From assembly GCA_001800605.1 (NCBI GenBank), contig MGVS01000068.1, forward strand, positions 14,028 through 78,027: 64,000 bases of DNA. The letters are read 5' to 3'. A program made the translations under genes and the position numbers. Below the pieces are notes generated by a model that did not search any database, was not told the DNA's origin, and saw only the letters and a program-made list of their open reading frames with translations. Every line of letters begins with the position of its first letter. Position 1 is the first letter of the stretch. This DNA comes from Elusimicrobia bacterium RIFOXYD2_FULL_34_15. Lineage in GTDB: Bacteria; Elusimicrobiota; UBA8919. This document shows, piece by piece, positions 56,815 to 64,000 of the stretch.

Positions 56815-58216
56815 TCCGCCAAACACAAACATGATTTTAACGCATTTACCTTCATATATCGATGAAGAATCCGGTATTTTTCCGCCATTGGGATTGATGT
56901 ATCTTGCCTCGTCTTTATCAAATAAGACCGGCATAAATGTTGAAATTCTGGATGCACTTTTAAATAAAATAAGCCTAAATAATATAGCAAATAAAATTAC
57001 AAATTATTTGCCGGACTTAGTAGGAATAACCGCGACTTCTTTCACGCTTATAGATGCTTTACTTATTGCCAAAACAGTAAAAGAAGTCAATCAAAATATA
57101 CATGTCACTATGGGCGGACCTCATGTAAGTATTTATCCTAATGAGACACTTTTGCAGAAAGATGTTGATTCTGTAGTCATCGGAGAGGGGGAAAAGACAT
57201 TCTCCGATTTAGTCAATAATTTAAACGAAGGAAAAAATCTTGAAGGAATTCCGGGATTAGCATTTAAAAATAAACAGGGACAAATAATAAATAACGGATA
57301 CAGGGATTTTATTGAAAATTTAGATGAGATTCCTTTACCCGACCGGAATCTTACTCCGTATAAAGAATATTATTCCATACTCGGAGAAAAACATCCTATT
57401 ACTACAATCATCACAAGCCGAGGCTGTCCGTTTAGATGCTCTTTTTGCTATCATTTCCTGGGTAAAAAATGGAGAACACGCTCTGCTAAAAACGTAATTG
57501 AAGAATTAGAGTCTTGCGTAAATATAGGAATTAGAGAATTCTGGTTTTTTGATGAAACATTTACAATTGATAAAAAAAGAGTCCTGGACATATGTGACGG
57601 TATAATCTCAAAAAAATTAAATATAAAATGGAATATCCGTAGCAGGGTAGATACAATCGATAAAAACATGATGGAGAGATTAAAACTGGCCGGCTGCGAA
57701 AAAATCTCATTTGGCATAGAATCGGCATTATCCAAGACTTTAAAAGTATTGCAGAAAGAAATAAATCCTGATAAATCCAAAGAAATTGTTTTACTGGCGA
57801 AATCATTAGGATTCGAAACTTCCACAGATTTTATGATAGGTTCCCCGGGAGAAACACGTGAAGACATTTTAGAAACAATATCTTTTTCATTAAAATTAGA
57901 CCCGGATTATGCCACATTTTCCATAACCACGCCTTTTCCTTGTACACAACTTTATAATTCATTGCTTGAAAATAAATTTTTTGACCGTGATTATTGGAAA
58001 GATTTCAGCATTTCACCAAGTAAAGATTTTATACCTAACCTTTGTAATGAATATTTATCCAGGGAAGAATTAGCTCATTTGCAGAATTATGCTTATAAAA
58101 AATTCTATCTGCGCCCGAAATATATTTTAAAGAAAATGTTAAAGCTAAAATCACCGATTGATTTTCTCAGAAAAGCAAAGGTTTCGCTAAGAATGCTTGC
58201 AAGCCGGGAAAAATGA
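56795..58216 (+). CDS. B12-binding domain radical SAM enzyme
   Basis: 473 aa. MGGPHVS and VIGEGEKT B12-domain motifs. CPFRCSFC radical-SAM motif. 20-nt overlap with the upstream paralog. Confidence 0.85.
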   Translation: MKILLINPPNTNMILTHLPSYIDEESGIFPPLGLMYLASSLSNKTGINVEILDALLNKISLNNIANKITNYLPDLVGITATSFTLIDALLIAKTVKEVNQNIHVTMGGPHVSIYPNETLLQKDVDSVVIGEGEKTFSDLVNNLNEGKNLEGIPGLAFKNKQGQIINNGYRDFIENLDEIPLPDRNLTPYKEYYSILGEKHPITTIITSRGCPFRCSFCYHFLGKKWRTRSAKNVIEELESCVNIGIREFWFFDETFTIDKKRVLDICDGIISKKLNIKWNIRSRVDTIDKNMMERLKLAGCEKISFGIESALSKTLKVLQKEINPDKSKEIVLLAKSLGFETSTDFMIGSPGETREDILETISFSLKLDPDYATFSITTPFPCTQLYNSLLENKFFDRDYWKDFSISPSKDFIPNLCNEYLSREELAHLQNYAYKKFYLRPKYILKKMLKLKSPIDFLRKAKVSLRMLASREK

Positions 58217-59790
58217 AGAAAACCATAATTTTATTAGTTATTCTTATCGCAAGTGCCGTCATACGGTTAACAGGAATCCAATGGGGACTGCCAAATAAGT
58301 TTCATACCGTAACATATCATCCCGATGAAAATACTCATCTTGTAAAACTTCAGGCAATGAATCCTTCAAAATTAAATTTTAACCCGGTTAGCGAAAGAGA
58401 CCCTTATGCTTTAGGAGAAGGTACTTTTTTCCTTTATCAATACGCTGCTACTTTAAAAATTTTGTCTTTTATTAAATATATTAAAATTGTAAACAATGAA
58501 GAATATTATTTCAATAATATCAATGAATGGAGAAAATTCTTTTTAGTCGGCCGTTTACTTTCAGTTATTTACGGGGTTTTAACCATTTTGGTTACTTTTA
58601 TAGTCGCAAAAAAAATGTACGGATTCAGAACCGGTATTCTTGCGGCGCTTTTTTTAGGTCTTGCACCGGTCCACGTAACCTATTCACAGTACCTGTTAAT
58701 GAATGTACCGGGAGTTCTCTGGATTGTCCTTGCTTTTGTTTTCTTTAAAAATATTTTAGATTCCGGAAAACAAAAAGATTATATTTTAGCCGGGGTATGC
58801 ATCGGTTTTGCGATTTCAACACGGTACTCTGCAGGGCCTTTATTATTAGTATTAATTGTCACACACTTTCTACGCAAAGAAATAAAAGAATTAAAAAAAC
58901 TGGTTTTCGGCCTGACAGCAATGGTTTTTTCTTTTTTAATCGGCACTCCTTATGCAATTCTCGATTATCCTAATTTTATAAAAGGGATAAAATCGCCGAT
59001 AGCTGTAGCAGGCATATCTTCCGCTAATTATTCGATTTTACCGCTGTATGGAAGTTTTTTGGAAAGCTTTGGAATATTTTTACTTATTTTATGCCTGATA
59101 GGTATTTTATATGCAATAATAAAAAGAAAATCAGAAGATTATATTATTCTTACATGGATTTTTATTTTACTTTTCTTTTTTATAAGAGCAGGAGTAAACG
59201 CTTTTCCAGGTAGAATACTGCCAATTGTTCCTTTTTTAATAATTCTGGGGGCAAATCTAACAAATAATATATGGAATAAAAAAGCTGTTTTAGGTCTGTT
59301 TATGACTATATTAATTCTTCTTACTATTTTACCTTTTTCGCTTGCCTTGTTAAAATTAAGAACCGAACCCGATTTAAGGGATGTTTCTTCCGAATGGATA
59401 GAAAATAATATCACTGCGGGCTCAAGCATCGGACTGCTCCGCGAACCGTCGTGGTTTTCACCTGGTATAGTTGATAGAAAATACCGGCATCCGGAGTATT
59501 TAAACTTGCCTAATTATAAGTTTATACTATTAAACGGAGATTTACCTTCTTATCCCGGATATATCAAACTTAAAAAAAATTTACCTGATTACTTAATAAT
59601 AAGTGATGTTGAAATTAATTTGCTAAATGAACCTGGATTCCTAAATAAACTAAAAGAAAAATATCACTATGAAAATATCGAAAATTTTGATAAAAGTTTC
59701 AGTATTTTCAATATACGAGTAAACCGGCAAATACCCGAGATGATTCGCGTACCGAACTACATATCAATCTTCAAGAAAAACAAATCTTAA
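58213..59790 (+). CDS. GT-C fold membrane glycosyltransferase (ArnT/PMT_2-like)
   Basis: 525 aa with about 11 TM helices. First-loop motif YHPDENTH (DE) as in ArnT/PMT-type GT-C enzymes. C-terminal soluble domain. Confidence 0.5.
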   Translation: MKKTIILLVILIASAVIRLTGIQWGLPNKFHTVTYHPDENTHLVKLQAMNPSKLNFNPVSERDPYALGEGTFFLYQYAATLKILSFIKYIKIVNNEEYYFNNINEWRKFFLVGRLLSVIYGVLTILVTFIVAKKMYGFRTGILAALFLGLAPVHVTYSQYLLMNVPGVLWIVLAFVFFKNILDSGKQKDYILAGVCIGFAISTRYSAGPLLLVLIVTHFLRKEIKELKKLVFGLTAMVFSFLIGTPYAILDYPNFIKGIKSPIAVAGISSANYSILPLYGSFLESFGIFLLILCLIGILYAIIKRKSEDYIILTWIFILLFFFIRAGVNAFPGRILPIVPFLIILGANLTNNIWNKKAVLGLFMTILILLTILPFSLALLKLRTEPDLRDVSSEWIENNITAGSSIGLLREPSWFSPGIVDRKYRHPEYLNLPNYKFILLNGDLPSYPGYIKLKKNLPDYLIISDVEINLLNEPGFLNKLKEKYHYENIENFDKSFSIFNIRVNRQIPEMIRVPNYISIFKKNKS

Positions 59791-59871
59791 ACATTCCTCC
59801 TTTTAGAAGCATTTTCAGTCATTAAAATTGCTTGAATTAAATCGAAATAAAATATATAATAATATAAATAT

Positions 59872-60861
59872 ATGCAAAATAAAAAAATTACAATCGGACT
59901 GATTGGTTTTGGATATTGGGGTCCTATTTTATTACGGAATTTTCATAATAATGAAAATTTTGAGGTTCTAAAAGTTTGTGATCATAATTCCGAAAAACTT
60001 TCAAATGTTGTTGATATTTCTAAAAACATTAAAACCTGCCTTGATTACAAAGATATACTTAAAGATAAAGAAATTGATACCGTTGTTATTGATACACAGG
60101 CACGCTCACATTATAGCCTGATTCGGGAAGCTTTAATAAATAACAAAAATATTTTTGTAGAAAAACCTTTTACGTTAAGTTCAAAAGAAGCTTTGGATAT
60201 TATTAAACTGAACCAAAAGAAAAAAAAGATAATAATGGTAGATCATTCATATTTATTCACTCCACAATACAGAATATTAAAAAAATTAATTAAAAACAAA
60301 TATTTAGGCAACATTCTGCATTTTCACTCAACCAGGGCTGATTTCGGGTTATTTCAAAAAGATACCAATATATTATGGCATCTTTTATATCATGATGCTT
60401 ATATCTTGCTGGATCTTTTTGGAAAACAAAAAATAACGAATATTAAAACGAGCGGTTTTTCACATATAGTAGATAAAGTTGCGGATACGGCATATACTTC
60501 ATTTCAATACGATTCCGGATTTAGCGCTGAAGTTTTAGTTAATATGCTATTCCCTGTGAAGGAGAGAAAAATAGTTATTACAGGAACTAAAAGAATTCTT
60601 TACTGGGATGATACCGCAGCAGATAAATTGAAAATTTACAATAAATCTGCCGTTTTCGATACAAAAAGCAAAACTTTCAAATATAAACTTGAAAAAGATT
60701 TTGAGACAGTCGCAGTTCCTAAGGCAGAAGCGATAAAAACAGAAGTTGAATATTTTTCTAATTGTTTAAAGAATAAAATAACTCCCGCAAATGATGAAAA
60801 CTCAGCTTACAGTGTAGTTAAATTAATAGAAAAGCTGGAATCTTCAGTGCATAAGAATTAG
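59872..60861 (+). CDS. Gfo/Idh/MocA-family NAD(P)-dependent oxidoreductase
   Basis: 329 aa. ITIGLIGFGYWGP Rossmann N-terminus. EKP motif. Confidence 0.8.
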   Translation: MQNKKITIGLIGFGYWGPILLRNFHNNENFEVLKVCDHNSEKLSNVVDISKNIKTCLDYKDILKDKEIDTVVIDTQARSHYSLIREALINNKNIFVEKPFTLSSKEALDIIKLNQKKKKIIMVDHSYLFTPQYRILKKLIKNKYLGNILHFHSTRADFGLFQKDTNILWHLLYHDAYILLDLFGKQKITNIKTSGFSHIVDKVADTAYTSFQYDSGFSAEVLVNMLFPVKERKIVITGTKRILYWDDTAADKLKIYNKSAVFDTKSKTFKYKLEKDFETVAVPKAEAIKTEVEYFSNCLKNKITPANDENSAYSVVKLIEKLESSVHKN

Positions 60862-60873
60862 TCCGGTTAAAAT

Positions 60874-61620
60874 ATGAAAAATTTAAGTTTGGAAATAACT
60901 ATTCCTGTACTCAACGAAGAAAAAAGGCTGGAATACGGCTTGTCTACAACAATAGAATTTCTTCAGAAAAATAACATATCTAATTATAAAATTGTTATAG
61001 CAGATAACGGTTCGAAAGACAGAACCGAAGAAATAGCAACATTGCTTGAAAAAAAATATCCCCAGGTACGTTATATTAAAGTTGGGCAAAAAGGGGTTGG
61101 TTTAGCATTAAAAAAATCATGGAATGCTTCAAATGCCGACATCATTGGATATATGGACGTTGATCTGGCTACTGATCTTACCCATCTATTAGATGTAATT
61201 AGTAAGATGCAAAATGATGAAATAGATATAGTAAACGGTTCAAGAATACTGCCTGGTTCTAAAGTCATTAATAGGTCAGCATTGAGAGAAACCACTTCCA
61301 GAGGATTTAATTTTATTTTGAAAGCTATTCTTAACGTTAATTTTTCAGACGGTATGTGCGGTTTTAAATTTATAAAAAGAACTGCATTTAACAAATTGAT
61401 GAAAGCCGGTATTGATAATAATGACTGGTTTTTTTGTACCGAAATGCTTATTAAAGCTGAATGGTCAGGATTGAATATTTATGAACTTCCGGTTCAATGG
61501 AAAGATGACGGGGATTCAAGGGTTGATATTTCAAAAACTATTTACAAATACATGAAAGAAATATTTAAGTTGAGATTTAGTAAAAACTTATGGCTAAAGA
61601 AAACTACTTCGATTTCGTAA
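60874..61620 (+). CDS. GT2 family polyprenyl-phosphate sugar synthase (ArnC/DPM1-like)
   Basis: 248 aa. ITIPVLNEEKRL, ADNGSKDRT and MDVDLATD motifs. Confidence 0.78.
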   Translation: MKNLSLEITIPVLNEEKRLEYGLSTTIEFLQKNNISNYKIVIADNGSKDRTEEIATLLEKKYPQVRYIKVGQKGVGLALKKSWNASNADIIGYMDVDLATDLTHLLDVISKMQNDEIDIVNGSRILPGSKVINRSALRETTSRGFNFILKAILNVNFSDGMCGFKFIKRTAFNKLMKAGIDNNDWFFCTEMLIKAEWSGLNIYELPVQWKDDGDSRVDISKTIYKYMKEIFKLRFSKNLWLKKTTSIS

Positions 61621-62723
61621 TTTTTGGAGCAGGCATTTACGGATTTTATGCTTCTTATTTATTAGCTAAGAAAAATCTTAATGTTGCTTTAATTGAATGC
61701 GATAACGAAGTCTTTAAAAGAGCGTCGGATATAAATCAGAGACGGGTTCATAAAGGATATCATTACTTGCGAAGTGTAAGTACTGCTAAGACATCTTCAA
61801 AGTATTTCAACCGATTCTGTGAAGAATTTAAACCCGCCATTCACTCTTCATTTAAAAAAATTTATGCGGTATCCAACAGGAATTCTTATACATCACACAG
61901 GCAATTTTTGAAATTTTGCGAATTTTGTGAAATTCCTGTTTTAGAAGTGAATCCGTCTATCTATTTCAATCCGGGTACAATTGAGGGTGCTTATGAAACG
62001 GAAGAATACGCTTTTGATTCGGAAATAATAAAAGACGTGCTTGTTCAGAAGGTTAACAATTTTGACAACTTTAAATTATTTTTAAATAAGCGGGTTGTTA
62101 AAACTGAAAAAGATAACGAATTTTATTATTTGACTTTTGAAGACGGTTCACGTATTAAAACAAAAGGCGTCTTTAACTGTACTTATGCCAGCGTAAATCA
62201 GATCTTAAGCTTATTTGGCTTTGAATTATTTGATTTGAAATATGAGATTTGCGAAGTGATTTTATGCAGTGTAAACCAGCAGCTTAAAAATATAGGGATA
62301 ACGGTAATGGACGGCCCTTTTTTTTCGACCATGCCTTATGGAAAGAGCGGTTATCATTCCCTTACAGCCGTTGAATTTACTCCGCATAATACATCTTATA
62401 ACCGCTTGCCTGTTTTTAAATGCCAGAAGGTTAATACATCCTGCACAGCAAATGTTTTGCAAAATTGTAATACTTGTAAAACTAGGCCCAAAGAATCATA
62501 CGTTTATATGAGACAATTAGCATACAAATATCTTAAACCGGCATATGAACTCAATTTTAAAGAATCACTTTTTTCAATTAAGCCAATTATGATGGCATCT
62601 GAAATAGACGATTCCCGTCCTACTGTTATAAAAAAATATAATGAAAGTCCTTTATTTATTTCTGTATTATCAGGTAAAATTAATACAATTTATGAATTGG
62701 AGGAGATAATCAATGCAATATAA
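61590..62723 (+). CDS. FAD-dependent oxidoreductase
   Basis: 377 aa. N-terminal dinucleotide-binding motif FVIFGAGIYGFYASYLLAKKNLNVALIE. Confidence 0.6.
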   Translation: MAKENYFDFVIFGAGIYGFYASYLLAKKNLNVALIECDNEVFKRASDINQRRVHKGYHYLRSVSTAKTSSKYFNRFCEEFKPAIHSSFKKIYAVSNRNSYTSHRQFLKFCEFCEIPVLEVNPSIYFNPGTIEGAYETEEYAFDSEIIKDVLVQKVNNFDNFKLFLNKRVVKTEKDNEFYYLTFEDGSRIKTKGVFNCTYASVNQILSLFGFELFDLKYEICEVILCSVNQQLKNIGITVMDGPFFSTMPYGKSGYHSLTAVEFTPHNTSYNRLPVFKCQKVNTSCTANVLQNCNTCKTRPKESYVYMRQLAYKYLKPAYELNFKESLFSIKPIMMASEIDDSRPTVIKKYNESPLFISVLSGKINTIYELEEIINAI

Positions 62724-63645
62724 AGAAAAACCTTTTGTTTCAATCGTGGTTTATTTACACAATTCTTCAAAAGAAATAGAAACTTTTATCAAAAATATTA
62801 ATCAGGTTATTTCATCTAAATTTGAAAATTATGAATATATACTTGTTGATGATTTTTCGCAAGACGGAACATACGAAAAAGCGGTTGAAGTTACTAAATT
62901 GATGAAAATCAAGGTATCCATCATCCGGCTTGCCCGCAAACATAATAAAGAACTTGCACTGCTTGCCGGCGCAGATAAATCTGTAGGCGATTACATCTTT
63001 GAATTCGAGACTCCGACCATTGATTATCCCTTGGAGTTGATTAATGAAATGTACGACAGAACCAAAAAGGGTTATGATGTTGTTACCCTTGAACCGACAA
63101 AAAGGGCATTTTTTACAAAAGTATTTTACTTTCTATTCAACAAATTTTCCTATATTGACTCTGATGTATATTCTGAACGGATTATTTTTTATAGCAGGCG
63201 CGCTATGAATTCCATATTAAATATAAACGAGAAAATCCGCAACAGAAAAGCACTTTTATTTTTAACAGGTTTCATGAAAACAAATATTAGATTTAAACCA
63301 GTAAATAATGATTATAAAGATACAAGAAAGTTCTTTGAGAAGGTTCAAATAGCAGTTGAGTTTCTTGTTTCTTATTCAAGTATAGGAACAAAACTTCCGA
63401 TTTTTCTTTCAATTGTATTTATTCTGTTTTCGATTTGTGCTTCACTGTTCGCCGTATATATCAGGTTTTTTAAGGCAGGGATCGTAAGCGGCTGGGCAAG
63501 CATGATAATTTTTCTTTCTATCTCTTTTGCCGGTCTGTTTTTTATATTGGGAATACTAAGTGAATATATTTCAAAGATATTAAAAGAAAGTATCAATATT
63601 CCTTTATATACAATTCAAAAAATGTATTCCGGCAATGACATTTAA
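62713..63645 (+). CDS. GT2 family glycosyltransferase with C-terminal TM helices (GtrB/bactoprenol-sugar synthase-like)
   Basis: 310 aa. VSIVVYLHNSSKEI...VDDFSQDGT. Two C-terminal hydrophobic helices as in GtrB. Confidence 0.75.
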   Translation: MQYKEKPFVSIVVYLHNSSKEIETFIKNINQVISSKFENYEYILVDDFSQDGTYEKAVEVTKLMKIKVSIIRLARKHNKELALLAGADKSVGDYIFEFETPTIDYPLELINEMYDRTKKGYDVVTLEPTKRAFFTKVFYFLFNKFSYIDSDVYSERIIFYSRRAMNSILNINEKIRNRKALLFLTGFMKTNIRFKPVNNDYKDTRKFFEKVQIAVEFLVSYSSIGTKLPIFLSIVFILFSICASLFAVYIRFFKAGIVSGWASMIIFLSISFAGLFFILGILSEYISKILKESINIPLYTIQKMYSGNDI

Positions 63646-63669
63646 TCCTATCAGTATTTAAAATTAATT

Positions 63670-64000
63670 ATGGATGTTCTGTTAGTTCAACCGGTAAAAA
63701 ATAAAAATCATACAATAAATCTAACACCTCCTTTGGGATTGGGATATTTAGCTTCTTCTATAAGAAAGCAGCACAATGTAAGAATTTTAGATTGTGTAAA
63801 AGAAGGGCTTGATCTTGACAGTTTTAGAGATTATGTGCAAAAAAATCCGACTGATGTTATAGGTTTTAATGTATATTCCTGTGATATTGAAAATGTAAAA
63901 AAAAGCATCGAGATAGTTAATGAGATAAATCCCGATATAATAACTCTTGCCGGCGGGCCGCATCCGTCCGGTGATCCGGAAGAGACGATGCTTTACTTAG
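63670..64000 (+). CDS. B12-binding domain radical SAM enzyme (partial; continues past the window end)
   Basis: N-terminal B12 domain. LGLGYLASS...LAGGPHPSGDPEET follows the same pattern as the other eight paralogs. Confidence 0.7.
   Translation, partial: MDVLLVQPVKNKNHTINLTPPLGLGYLASSIRKQHNVRILDCVKEGLDLDSFRDYVQKNPTDVIGFNVYSCDIENVKKSIEIVNEINPDIITLAGGPHPSGDPEETMLYL

Overview
The window is AT-rich (about 30% GC by eye) and every credible gene is on the + strand. All minus-strand ORFs in the track are short, lie inside + strand genes, and look spurious. The window opens with a type IV pilus assembly operon, pilM-pilN-pilO-pilP-pilQ. It is preceded by a near-consensus sigma70 promoter that would make pilM almost leaderless. 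The remaining ~55 kb is one very large cell-surface glycan locus. It encodes two O-antigen-ligase-like (Wzy_C-like) + TPR membrane proteins, two YfhO-like GT-C transferases flanking a GtrB/CsbB-like GT2, GT4 and further GT2 enzymes, a MurJ/Wzx-like flippase, and an ArnT-like GT-C paired with ArnC-like GT2 enzymes. The nucleotide-sugar enzymes are two GDP-L-fucose synthase paralogs (one fused to a cupin), a GMD/Rmd-like dehydratase/reductase, five more NAD-dependent epimerase/dehydratases, a GHMP kinase, HAD phosphatase, NUDIX hydrolase, UxaA-like sugar-acid dehydratase, AsnB amidotransferase, standalone E1 alpha/beta thiamine enzymes, a Gfo/Idh/MocA oxidoreductase and SAM methyltransferases. 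The locus also holds at least nine paralogous B12-binding radical-SAM enzymes (one partial at the window end), one HemN-like radical SAM and one SPASM-type radical SAM. This looks like a previously undescribed pathway for a heavily C-modified (probably multiply methylated and branched) surface sugar. A ~4.9 kb islet flanked by ~120-bp imperfect direct repeats interrupts the locus at 50496-55365. It carries an orphan type I R-M methyltransferase (HsdM, no HsdS/HsdR) translationally coupled to a DUF3800 protein, a 5'-truncated AlbA_2/HATPase_c_4 gene remnant, a pRiA4b-ORF3-like gene and a RadC/JAB gene. A second family of structured, partly GC-rich leader elements with repeated GATTACAC octamers and a CCTGCC..GGCAGG palindrome sits at two transcription-unit boundaries, with a degenerate third copy. 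No rRNA, tRNA, CRISPR array or integrase/transposase was recognised.
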